Origin: Macrostomum hystrix
Taxonomy: Eukaryota; Animalia; Platyhelminthes
Reading direction: 5' to 3'
Assembly (NCBI GenBank): GCA_950097015.1
Contig: CATNEN010000005.1
Location: forward strand, 4,588,001 to 4,652,000
Length of the DNA: 64,000 nt
Positions within the stretch are counted from its first letter, which is position 1; each line of letters begins with the position of its first letter. Shown piece by piece: positions 51,501-63,769 of the stretch. The position numbers were made by a program, and so were the translations under genes. Below the pieces are notes generated by a model. It searched no databases. It had not been told where the DNA came from and worked only from the letters and a program-made list of their open reading frames with translations.

Positions 51501-54500
51501 GGATCTGGCCCCTGATGCTGAGCCAACTGAGCAGCGCGCCTCGGCCAGTCTATTCGCCGAACTGTGCCAATCTGTGCCAGAGATCTGCGAAGATTTATTA
51601 TTGCACAAGTTGGGCAGCGAGTTAGCAGATCAGTCCGATGCTCACAGAAGATTCACCAGCATGTGGCTCATGATGAAGCCAGATCGGGCACCCGAGCTGC
51701 CCAGGTGCCTTCTAGCCCTGCTGCACTTTGTCGGATCCGGTTCCACTCTTGAGAAGCTGGTTGTTGATTGGGCTGAGCACGCTATGAGAATGGGCCAACT
51801 ACCAAGGCTTTTGAATCCTCTGCTAGCGCTGCTGTTGTGCCCGAATGCGGCCAGGCTGAGCGTTGATCGCATCGCCGCAGCCGCCGCTGATGAGACGGCA
51901 GCTAAGAATGGCAGCCACGATGGAGTCGGCGGCACTTCCCGATGGGATGTTGAAGAGTCTCGCATTGTTGGCATTGAAAGCGATGGTACTGGGAAGGTAA
52001 TCTAACAAGTGTGAGACCTGAGCTTAGCAAAGTGTTCTTGTGAAATCTAAATGGAAACCTTTAGTTTTGAAGACAGGTTTCGAAATCTTGCTGTCAGAGA
52101 TTGAATCTTTCGATATTTTAAGGGGGAGATTTTGAATCTAGCATCCAGATATTTAGGATGACATTTTGACATTTTCTGATATTGAAGAGTGAGATTTTGA
52201 AATTCGACCCTTACCATAATAATAATAATAATAATAATTGCAGGAGGGCTGCAGGCAATGGTACATTCTGCACATTTCGCTGAGCAGAAATAAATACTGT
52301 ACGCAGGCACATCTCACACAGGAGTGTACATCTGCCCTGACTTTCTCATCGTCAGGCAGTGTACACTTTCACTGTGCCTTTGAGGTTGGCCCTCAATGGC
52401 GTAAATTGCACGACAAGCCCCCAAGCCTTCTCTCCGCGGCTGCGCCCCAAATGAATGTGGCCTCGCCGCGGAATCGAACTCAGGGACCTTGGTGCCAGAG
52501 GCAAACGCGTTAGCCGCTCTGCCACCGACCCCCCTGACCCTCAACATATTTTGGGTTTTTGTATTTTGTATCTAACCAATCCATTTTGAGAGGTGAAATT
52601 TTAGAAATCTTATCTATCGATATCGATGGTTGACATTTTCAAATCGAAACTTGCGAATCTTCCATTTCAAACATGTAGGATTTCCTATTGCAGATCGTAA
52701 TGTTCCAATTTTTCTAGTCGAGATTTTGGAATCTCAAACTTCGTTCTTAAAATGACTATGAGAATGACTATTTATCTACCCATCTCTCATGCAGGTAATC
52801 TACCGCATTAACCAGTCACCATCTAGGACAGATTTGGCCAATAGTCTGTCAGCCTCATCTGGGACATTGTCGGCTGCTAATACTCGAAAATTGCCCGCAT
52901 CGGCTGTCAAACAGCCGGCAGTTCAGCTGTTGGCCACTGCTAGATCCGCCGCGCCAGTACGAGTCTCTTCAGCTAACACCCTGCCGCCGTTTCGACTGCG
53001 CATCAACCCGCTAGACGACCAGACTGACACTGACGCGCCAGAATTGAACCGCTTCGACAACAATGCTGAATATGTTGATGAAGATACTGGTGGCAAAGAC
53101 TTTAATGCCTGTGACGATTTTGTTTCCAGTTATAATTCAACAACTGGCGGTAAAAAGCCTAGTCCCGTACCGAAATCGGGATCTACTGGTGTACTGTGCC
53201 CCAATCCAGATGCAGTGGCGGCTGTCAATGACATCCTGGAAGAACTCATCACTGGCGCTTTGGCATTGGTTGAACGAAGCGTTCATCCTTTGTTCTCCCA
53301 CATGTGCCTGTACAATAGGAGAATCGACTGCTTGCAGGTTGGCTTTTTGGGGGGGATTAATTGTCACTTATATTATTTTCGTTTTAATAATGATTTAAAC
53401 CCGCTTAACTTAGGTTAGCTACGTTCTGTCCCGCCTATTGGCATTGTTGGCCGCGTTGCCTCAATTGTTCACATCCAAACTAGCGGGCACCCAGTTGTTG
53501 TCAGCCAAATCTCCCGGCTCCTATCAGGTGTTAGCCCTGTTCCTGAGGCACCGGGCCTGCGTTGATGGCGCCAACTTCTTTCAGGTGAGTCTGCTGGCTT
53601 CTGTTCTATCAGTGGATTTTTAACACTGTTTTATTTGTGGGTTATAAATGCCAAGATGGGTTTAAAGTGGGGTTGTAAGGTGTAAAATTTGTGTGGTAGG
53701 TGTTAAATCTAGGTTTTAGGTGTCCAAATTGGGTTGGTGGGTATGAAATTGGGGTGGTAGATGTTAAATTGGGGTGGTGGGTATTAAATTGGGGTTGTGG
53801 GTTTTAAATTGGGGTGGGGGTGTTAATTGGGGTGGTGGTTATTATATTAGGGTTTTGGGTGTTAAATTTGGGCTAGTGGGTGTTAAATTGGGGTGGTGGG
53901 TATTAAATTGGGGTTGTGGGTCTTAAATTGGTGTGGTGGGTGTTAAATTGGGGTGGTGGGTGTTAAATTTGGGGTGGTGGGTATTAAATTTGGGGTGGTG
54001 GGTGCTAAATTTGGGCAGTGGCTATCGCAGCTCTCAGGCCTATCCGGTATCCACACTGTCAGGACCCGCCCCATCAGCTGCACAAGTCCTACAAGTCGGT
54101 GACCTATTTACACCTGCTCACTAGCCTGGCCCTAGACTACGCCCGTTCCTGTTATTCGCCATACGCTCGCGAGCGAGTAGAAACTTCCGAACTAATTGGA
54201 AATCGTCTAGTCCAGACTCGAGCCGCCGACCTTCTCTGCAATCTAGTCGCGTGCGCCGCCTCGGGCGACTCGCCTGAAGCTGCTCGACAACTTCGAGACA
54301 ATCGACTCCAATTGGGACGCCTGTCACTGCACTGCCTGTGCTCAGCATTGGCCGCCTGCTACAGTCACTGGACTGTGGATTCGCACGTGTTCTCGGCCAA
54401 GATTGTGCAGTTTAATGAGGCCGGAGTTGACTGGCTAGCTAGATCTGCCCATGTGAAATCATTGGCCAGACTGACTCTGCGGCTGCTGGCTCTCATGCGG

Positions 54501-57500
54501 CCTGGTCCTGTTGCCGCTGCTGGCGGCGGAGGGGAGGCTGGCAAACAGGCTGCTGCTGCCGCTGCCGCTGCAAATGGAGTTAGTGATTTCGTCTATCAGG
54601 TTGGTTGAAAACTATTTACTCATTTTGTCATGTTTTCTGTCCACTGTTATGACCATTGAATCTAAGCTGATCTTCTTTCTGGTCATAGTTTCAGTCATCG
54701 AATCCAATCGGATCATTATTTCAGTCATAAAATACAATCTAATCATACTTTCGGTCATCGAATCCAGTCTGTTCATACCTTCGGTCATTGACTCCAATCT
54801 GGTCATTTTTTCGGTCATCGAATCCAACCGGGTTATAGTTTCTATCATCAAATCCAGTCTGGTCATTGTCTGGCTACTTAACATAATCTAGTCATGCTCA
54901 TTGGTACTACAATGACATTCCTAATCTGGACATTCTATATTGGTTGTCGGCCTAACCCCGTATTCCCATCTCCCAATTTTCCACAGGACCGTCTGCCACT
55001 CTCAGGCCAGCCCTTGCTTATGCTGGCCCTCCGCCTTGGCCTTGGCCCGGCCTCCCTCAACGGTGGCGACCACGTGACCTGGTACGGCTTCGTGTCGGAT
55101 CTGCTGCCGCACTGCGCCGGATCTCATCTTGGCCAGGTAACTAAAATATATACGTTATGTCCATTTTTGTCTTTTTCTATACACATCGGAAAAGTTTTTA
55201 TATTCATAAGTTTTACTTCGACCAACTACTGTCAGCAAAAGATGGACGATAATTATATATGGTAGTTTTTCTTTTTTATATCAATCTATAGGCTAATGGA
55301 TATGGCACATGTCTTGCAATCTAGAGGTCAGGAGTTCGAGTCCAAAATGAAAAAAGTTTTTTTCCTATATCACAGCTGCAAGATAAGCGCGGCGCTTCTT
55401 AAGGCTTCTTCCAATGAGATTTTACAACCAATCGAACTGAAACAATTCGAAAATGAATATTCTTTCTCTATAACAAATCGATTGTGTTTGGTTTGAGATT
55501 CGAACCCGTGACCTCTCAGTCCTTTGTTCTCAGCTGTCAACATTTTTACAAAAAAAATCTATGCCGTATTAAGCCTACTAGAATTAGTAAGCACGAACTA
55601 TTTTCACCCTTGACCAGGTTGTAACCCTCACAACCGGCTGTCTGTGCGACACATTGTCGATTCGCGAGACCCCAGCTCCGCCAGATCTGCAGCCGATGGC
55701 CCTGACCTGCCTGTACGTCGTTCTAGACCGCGCTCTGCGAGCCAGAGATGTCAGCGCGCATCGCTGCCTACCCAGACTGCTGCCATGCCTGCTGCGCTAT
55801 CCAACCAAACAGGGTCCGGTTCGACGCATCCTGCACCTCATTGTGTCCGAAGATTTGAATCTATTGCTGACTGCCGCTGCCACTGCTAAGCTGCAAGAGG
55901 ACAATGGCTTTGTTGAAGCACTCATGGATCTGGTGCCGTTGAGGGAGCTGCTAATTGCTTGCAAAACTAATCAGGCTGCTCTTATGCCTACTGTTTGCGT
56001 TGCGAAGCGAATGGAATCTAGGGCTTTGGCCAGGTGAGAAACTGAATAACAATTCATTCAACTCAGATGAATAGATTAGCTATCCCTTAAATCGATAAAT
56101 TGGCAATCAATTCTCTCTTAAATAGATAGATTAGCGATCCACTCTCCCAGATGAATAGATTAGCAATCCATTCTATCCTACTCGAATAGATTAGCAATCC
56201 ATTTTATCCTACTCGAATAGATTAGCAATCCAATTTATCCTACTCTAATAGATTAGCAATCCATTTTATCCTACTCTAATAGATTAGCAATCCATTCTAT
56301 CCTACTCGAATAGATTAGCAATCCATTATCTCTAACTCGAATAGATTAGCAATCCATTCTCTCTAACTCGAATAGACTAGCAATCCATTCTATCATACTC
56401 GAATAGATTAGCAATCCATTCTATCCTACTCGAATAGATTAGCAATCCATTCTATCCGACTCGAATAGATTAGCAATCCATTCTATCCTACTCGAATAGA
56501 TTAGCAATCCATTCTATCCGACTCGAAAAGATTAGCAATCCATTCTATCCGACTCGAATAGATTAGCAATCCATTCTATCCTACTCGAATAGATTAGCAA
56601 TCCATTATCTCTAACTCGAATAGATTAGCAATCCATTCTATCCGACTCGAATAGATTAGCAATCCATTCTATCCGACTCGAATAGATTAGCAATCCATTC
56701 TATCCTACTCGAATAGATTAGCAATCCATTCTATCCTACTCGAATAGACTAGCAATCCATTCTATCCTACTCGAATAGATTAGCAATCCATTCTCTCTAA
56801 CTCGAATAGACTAGCAATCCATTCTCTCTAACTCGAATAGACTAGCAATCCATTCTATCCTACTCGAATAGATTAGCAATCCATTCTATCCGACTCGAAT
56901 AGATTAGCAATCCATTCTATCCGACTCGAATAGATTAGCAATCCATTCTATCCTACTCGAATAGATTAGCAATCCATTATCTCTAACTCGAATAGATTAG
57001 CAATCCATTCTATCAGACTCGAATAGATTAGCAATCCATTCTATCCGACTCGAATAGATTAGCAATCCATTCTATCCTACTCGAATAGATTAGCAATCCA
57101 TTCTATCCTACTCGAATAGATTAGCAATCCATTCTATCCTACTCGAATAGATTAGCAATCCATTCTATCCTACTCGAATAGACTAGCAATCCATTCTATC
57201 CTACTCGAATAGACTAGCAATCCATTCTATCCTACTCGAATAGATTAGCAATCCATTCTCTCTAACTCGAATAGACTAGCAATCCATTCTCTCTAACTCG
57301 AATAGACTAGCAATCCATTCTCTCTAACTCGAATAGACTAGCAATCCATTCTATCCTACTCGAATAGATTAGCAATCCATTCTATCCGACTCGAATAGAT
57401 TAGCAATCCATTCTATCCGACTCGAATAGATTAGCAATCCATTCTATCCTACTCGAATAGACTAGCAATCCATTCTATCCTACTCGAATAGATTAGCAAT

Positions 57501-60500
57501 CCATTCTCTCTAACTCGAATAGACTAGCAATCCATTCTCTCTAACTCGAATAGACTAGCAATCCATTCTATCCTACTCGAATAGACTAGCAATCCATTCT
57601 ATCCTACTCGAATAGACTAGCAATCCATTCTATCCTACTCGAATAGACTAGCCATCCATTCTTTTCTACTCGAATAGACTAGCAATCCATTCTATTCTAC
57701 TCGAATAGACTAGCAATCCATTCTATCCTACTCGAATAGACTAGCAATCCATTCTATCCTACTCGAATAGACTAGCAATCCATTCTATCCTACTCGAATA
57801 GACTAGCAATCCATTCTATCCTACTCGAATAGACTAGCAATCCATTCTATCCTACTCGAATAGACTAGCAATCCATTCTATCCTACTCGAATAGACTAGC
57901 AATCCATTCTATCCTACTCGAATAGACTAGCAATCCATTCTGTCATACTCGAATAGACTAGCAATCCATTCTCTCTAACTCGAATAGACTAGCAATCCAT
58001 TCTATCCTACTCGAATAGACTAGCAATCCATTCTATCCTACTCGAATAGACTAGCAATCCATTCTATCCTACTCGAATAGACTAGCAATCCATTCTATCC
58101 TACTCGAATAGACTAGCAATCCATTCTATCCTACTCGAATAGACTAGCAATCCATTCTATCCTACTCGAATAGACTAGCAATCCATTCTATCCTACTCGA
58201 ATAGACTAGCAATCCATTCTATCCTACTCGAATAGACTAGCAATCCATTCTATCCTACTCGAATAGACTAGCAATCCATTCTATCCTACTCGAATAGACT
58301 AGCAATCCATTCTATCCTACTCGAATAGACTAGCAATCCATTCTATCCTACTCGAATAGACTAGCAATCCATTCTATCATACTCGAATAGACTAGCAATC
58401 CTTTCCATCATTCTGGTTTTCAGCCACTCCACCGAGCTGCAGGCTGTGCTGCGAGAAAGTCTTCCAGGCTCCCGTTCCGAAGTTCCATTCCTTCAGCTGG
58501 AACTATTTCACGCTTTCCTGCTGGCGCTGAAAGATTCGGACCGTGATTCTCGAGGCCGTCGAGATCTTCAAGACCTAGCCGGTGTTCTCGTAGCGTCGGT
58601 GTTAACAATCCTCGGCAGCACAGCCGAGCGTCAGAGCTGGTTTCGTGTCAGCGTCGCCTGCACAGAAGAAGAGGTCGCTTATAGTAGTCGAGCTGCTCGC
58701 CTACTAGAGCAGGCCATGTTCCTGCTATTGGATCACGTGTTCGGGCCGAATGGCGATCGAGCCGAGGGCCTCCTAACCGGGCCCGTTCTGCGGGCAGCGC
58801 TGCCGCATCTCAAGCTGAAACCGCACCCAGCCGTGTTTGACGCCTGCAGCGGCCTGTTGAGAGAATTGTCGCGAAAAGAGTACACTAGAAGGTCGTGGAA
58901 GAAGGAAGTCAGCGATCTGCTGCTTGAATCGACCTTCTTCAAGATGCCCCTAGCAACACTGCGCTGCTGGGTGGACATTGTCGATAATCTGATGGCTACG
59001 GAGTTTAAACAGGCGTTTAGGGATATTTTTCCTAGGTAAGGACAATAATTGTTTGTTTCTATTTAGAGTGCCGGATTGCAAAATCGCACCCTATTTTAAC
59101 TCGATCTTCAAGGCCTAATCTTTTTCTTTACATTTCTCCCCGTAGAATAATCAATAAAATTTATCTGTATGAAACTTATTTGTATTATTGATTATAAACT
59201 TGAAATTATATTTTTTTACATGTTTCGATTTTTTGGAATAGCGGTTCTAAATCCATTCCATTGAGGATTATCGATTCCAAAATCCATTCCATTGAGGATT
59301 ATCGATTTAAAAATCTTTTCTATTAAGGATTATCGATTAAAAAATATTTTCCATTCAGGATTATGAAATTTGAAGTCCTTTTCATTGAGGATTATCGATT
59401 TTAAAGTTCATTTCATTAAGGCTTATCGATTTTAAAGTTCATTTCATTGAGGCTTATCGATTTTAAAGTTCATTTCATTGAGGCTTATCGATTTTAAAGT
59501 TCATTTCATTGAGGATGATCGATTTCAGCAATCTTTTCCATTCAGGATTATCGATTTTAAAGTCCATTCCATTGAGGATTATCGAATTCAAAATCCTTTC
59601 CAATGGGGATTATCGATTTCTATCCTATAATTCTATCAGGATTTTCTATTTTAAAGTCCATTCCATTAAGGATTATCGATTTCTAAATCCATTCCATTAA
59701 GGATTATCGATTTCTAAATCCATTCCATTGAGGATTATCGATTCCAAAATCCATTCCATTGAGGATTATCGATTTAAAAATCTTTTCTATTAAGGATTAT
59801 CGATTTAAAAAATATTTTCCATTCAGGATTATGAAATTTGAAGTCCTTTTCATTGAGGATTATCGATTTTAAAGTTCATTTCATTGAGGCTTATCGATTT
59901 TAAAGTTCATTTCATTGAGGCTTATCGATTTTAAAGTTCATTTCATTGAGGATGATCGATTTCAGCAATCTTTTCCATTCAGGATTATCGATTTTAAAGT
60001 CCATTCCATTGAGGATTATCGAATTCAAAATCCTTTCCAATGGGGATTATCGATTTCTATCCTATAATTCTATCAGGATTTTCTATTTTAAAGTCCATTC
60101 CATTAAGGATTATCGATTTCTAAATCCATTCCATTAAGGATTATCGATTTCTAAATCCATTCCATTAAGGATTATCGATTTCTAAATCCATTCCATTGAG
60201 GATTATCGATTTAAAAATCTTTTCTATTAAGGATTATCGATTTAAAAAATATTTTCCATTCAGGATTATGAAATTTGAAGTCCTTTTCATTGAGGATTAT
60301 CGATTTTAAAGTTCATTTCATTGAGGCTTATCGATTTTAAAGTTCATTTCATTGAGGCTTATCGATTTTAAAGTTCATTTCATTGAGGATGATCGATTTC
60401 AGCAATCTTTTCCATTCAGGATTATCGATTTTAAAGTCCATTCCATTGAGGATTATCGAATTCAAAATCCTTTCCAATGGGGATTATCGATTTCTATCCT

Positions 60501-62731
60501 ATAATTCTATCAGGATTTTCTATTTTAAAGTCCATTCCATTAAGGATTATCGATTTCTAAATCCATTCCATTAAGGATTATCGATTTCTAAATCCATTCC
60601 ATTAAGGATTATCGATTTCTAAATCCATTCCATTAAGGATTATCGATTTCTAAATCCATTCCATTAAGGATTATCGATTTCTAAATCCATTCCATTAAGG
60701 ATTATCGATTTCTAAATCCATTCCATTAAGGATTATCGATTCCAAAAGCCATTCCATTAAGGATTGTCGGTTTCAAAATCTTTTCGACTAAGAAATATCG
60801 ATTTCAAATTCCGTTCCATTTAGGATTGTCCATTTGAAAATCCTTTCGATTTAGTGTTATCAGTTTCTAAATGCTTTCCATTCTATTACAAAATGTTTCC
60901 AGGCTGACAGTATCAACTACAACTAATCCGTTCTCAAGTCGCGATCAAGAATGGGATCAACGTTCGGCCATGGTGAAACGTTTAGCATTTTTGATTTATT
61001 GCGGCGAACCAGACCAGTACCTGCCCCAGCTGCAGGATGTGGTGGCCTATCTAACTGAGAATCTGAGAGTTTCAACAGCCGGCCACCTCCATGCCGCTGT
61101 TATGCTCTGCTTCAGAGTAATGCTGCTCAGAATTAGCGCTCCTAGCCTGGCTCCTCTCTGGTGAGCGACTCCGGGATCTAGAGGATGATAGGATGAGAGA
61201 AATGGGAAGAGGATGAGAGGAGGGCAGGAATGGGAAGAAGATGAGAAGAGGGCAGGAATGGGAAGAGGATGAGAGGAGGGCAGAAATGGGAAGAGGATGA
61301 GAGGAGGGCAGAAATGGGAAGAGGATGAGAAGAGGGCAGGAATGGGAAGAAGATGAGAAGAGGGCAGGAATGGGAAGAGGATGAGAGGAGGGCAGAAATG
61401 GGAAGAGGATGAGAGGAGGGCAGAAATGGGAAGAGGATGAGAGGAGGGCAGAAATGGGAAGAGGATGAGAGGAGGGCAGAAATGGGAAGAGGATGAGAGG
61501 AGGGCAGAAATGGGAAGAGGATGAGAGGAGGGCAGAAATGGGAAGAGGATGAGAGGAGGGCAGAAATGGGAAGAAGATGAGAAGAGGGCAGGAATGGGAA
61601 GAGGATGAGAGGAGGGCAGAAATGGGAAGAGGATGAGAGGAGGGCAGAAATGGGAAGAGGATGAGAGGAGGGCAGAAATGGGAAGAGGATGAGAGGAGGG
61701 CAGAAATGGGAAGAGGATGAGAGGAGGGCAGAAATGGGAAGAGGATGAGAGGAGGGCAGAAATGGGAAGAGGATGAGAGGAGGGCAGAAATGGGAAGAGG
61801 ATGAGAGGAGGGCAGAAATGGGAAGAGGATGAGAGGAGGGCAGAAATGGGAAGAGGATGAGAGGAGGGCAGAAATGGGAAGAGGATGAGAGGAGGGCAGA
61901 AATGGGAAGAGGATGAGAGGAGGGCAGAAATGGGAAGAGGATGAGAGGAGGGCAGAAATGGGAAGAGGATGAGAGGAGGGCAGGAATGGGAAGAGGATGA
62001 CAGGAATGGGAAGAAGATGAGAAGAGGGCAGGAATGGGAACAGGATGAGAGGAGGGCAGGAATGGGAAGAGGATGAGATGATGACAGGAGGAGAGCAGGT
62101 TGAGCAGCTGTGCTCATCCATCCGCAGGTACGTATTCGTGCCGGAGATCTATTCAGCCCTGTGGCAGCTGGAGCAGGAGGCGGAGCCGCATCGTCTGCCG
62201 CAGTCTCGCCTGGATCTGTACCTGGCCGTATTCAAACTGCTCGACGCCTGCGTCCAACTCGACGAGTCGCAGGCCGCCATGTTTCACGCCTACAAATGGA
62301 GCCTGGTTGGCGATCCGGAAGACGCCGCCCCGGTTACTTCTTCCGCATCCGGCGGCATCGCTGTATTCTCGCCTCTAGTTAATCGAGTCTGTCGTCGATT
62401 GTGCCAGTTGCTAAGCAAGGCTGAAAACGGCTTTGCTCAGAGCAATAATAATACTTCTAATGCGAATATGCCTCAGCAGCCGGTTCATTCGTGTTGTCAA
62501 AGGCTGAATTTGACTCGACTGGAATCTCTGTTGGAACTGCTGCCATTCCTTGTGGCTTTTGTTGACCGCTACGATCTGGGCAGACCTGCCCGACTGCTCT
62601 CCGCTGGCCAGCCTATGGACCCGACTGCGGCCTGTGTGGCTGCTGACCAGCTGCCCTGCTCGCTGCACAGCTGCGACACCACTGCTCAGCGAGAGGAACT
62701 CCTGCTCATGGACTTCATGGAGCCCGCTTAA
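45598..62731 (+). CDS. DOP1: Protein Dopey (DOP1/pad-1 family), 13 coding exons, 1955 aa
   Basis: Exons 45598-46121, 47245-47470, 47686-48048, 49633-50343, 51244-51996, 52795-53337, 53414-53584, 54063-54599, 54987-55136, 55618-56033, 58424-59035, 60903-61160, 62128-62731; total 5868 nt, all GT-AG and in phase. Dopey_N motifs YRNY...F..TSDWAD, KRLAQCLH..MPSGVH.K.LE.Y, LLPGMEE, RDASLNRRFYAWLLG; C-terminal WKKEV.DLL, RSAMVKRLAFLIY. Confidence 0.93.
46130..46830. repeat. Minisatellite, 21-bp unit (TGGTCCTCATTCTAGTCTGGTA-type), Dopey intron 1
   Basis: 7-aa periodic translation (GPHSSLV). Confidence 0.95.
46874..47210 (+). mobile_element. SINE family A, 3'-truncated, ending ~35 nt before the Dopey exon 2 acceptor
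   Basis: Head and body match the other copies; stops at GCCATTGCCCG. Confidence 0.88.
48095..49612. repeat. Minisatellite, 14-bp unit (GTCATTGATCATCA), ~105 copies, Dopey intron 3
   Basis: Seen directly; each unit contains the TGATCA palindrome. Confidence 0.97.
50370..51160. repeat. Minisatellite, 16-bp unit (GGGATTCTAGATA(C/T)TT), Dopey intron 4
   Basis: Period 16 (ggg at 50522 and 50538). Confidence 0.93.
52216..52535 (-). mobile_element. SINE family A, Dopey intron 5
   Basis: (AAT)n tail; TSD-like GACCCTTACCATA (52206-18) / GACCCTCAACATA (52535-47); 3' domain partly deleted. Confidence 0.88.
53640..54015. repeat. G-rich minisatellite, ~20-bp unit (AAATTGGGGTGGTGGGT(A/G)TT), Dopey intron 7
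   Basis: Seen directly. Confidence 0.9.
54640..54930. repeat. Degenerate ~30-bp minisatellite, Dopey intron 8
   Basis: Recurrent GGTCATCGAATCCA(A/G)TC units. Confidence 0.75.
56060..58400. repeat. Minisatellite, 31-bp unit (ACTCGAATAGA(T/C)TAGCAATCCATTCTATCCT), ~75 copies, Dopey intron 10
   Basis: Period 31 (tactcg at 57791 and 57822). Confidence 0.97.
59245..60870. repeat. ~31-bp minisatellite organised into a 437-bp higher-order repeat, Dopey intron 11
   Basis: Identical ORFs at 59509, 59946 and 60383 (spacing 437). Confidence 0.93.
61170..62090. repeat. Purine-rich minisatellite, 28-bp unit (GAGGATGAGAGGAGGGCAGAAATGGGAA), Dopey intron 12
   Basis: Period 28 (atgagagg at 61381 and 61409). 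Confidence 0.96.
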
Positions 62732-62814
62732 ATTTGCTAACACGACTGCTGGGCAAATAATTCGGTTGCTATGGTGATGATGCGACTGCCCCTTCTCATT
62801 TGTATCTCACTTCC

Positions 62815-63390
62815 TACTCATTGTGTCTCACTGACTTCTCATTGTGTCTAACTGACTTCTCATTGTGTCTCACTGACTTCTCATTGTGTCTAACTGACTT
62901 CTCATTGTGTCTCACTGCCTTCTCATTGTGTCTCACTGACTTCTCATTGTGTCTCACTGCCTTCTCATTGTGTCTCACTGACTTCTCATTGTGTCTCACT
63001 GACTTCTCATTGTGTCTCACTGACTTCTCATTGTGTCTAACTGCCTTCTCGTTGTGTCTCACTGCCTTCTCATTGTGTCTCACTGCCTTCTCATTGTGTT
63101 TTACTGCCTTCTCACTGTGTCTAACTGCCTTCTCATTGTGTCTAACTGCCTTCTCATTGTGTCTCACTGCCTTCTCATTGTGTCTTACTGCCTTCTCATT
63201 GTGTCTAACTGCCTTCTCATTGTGTCTCACTGCCTTCTCACTGTGTCTAACTGACTTCTCATTGTGTCTCACTGCCTTCTCATTGTGTCTAACTGCCTTC
63301 TCATTGTGTCTAACTGACTTCTCATTGTGTCTAACTGACTTATCATTGTGTCTAACTGACTTCTCATTGTGTCTCACTGCCTTCTCATAC
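62815..63390. repeat. Minisatellite, 21-bp unit (CTTCTCATTGTGTCTCACTG(A/C)), 3' of the Dopey stop
   Basis: 7-aa periodic translation. Confidence 0.95.
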
Positions 63391-63769
63391 ATGTAGTACA
63401 TGTAGTGTACTACTCACAACATATCGGCAGTAGTACGTTTCATATGATATTTCAGAAATGTTACAATGGACTGCTTTCTAAAAATTTGTTTACGTGTCCT
63501 ACTGTTGTTTACTCTGCTAACCTAAAGGAAAGAGAACAATTACTTTAAACTTAATTGGTGTTCTTTGTTTTTCTCCGATGTACAGTTCTTCGTTATATTA
63601 TTCTTATTTATTCGTGTATATTCCGAAACGTTTTTTCATTTATTCCTAAATTTTGCTAACTAATTTTGTGATCAATTGTTTTGACAAATTTTTCCTATTT
63701 TTGCTACAAAGTATATATGGTTAAATTATAATAATATTTCATAAAGCTATAGCCTAATATCTTATTGTA

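Noticed and set aside
61047-62121. Long ORFs in repeat arrays (61047-62117, 61072-62121, 46203-46850, 62800-63401, 24480-25180, 5823-6274, 11993-12393)
   Set aside because: Purely periodic translations of minisatellites, mostly inside introns of well-supported genes.
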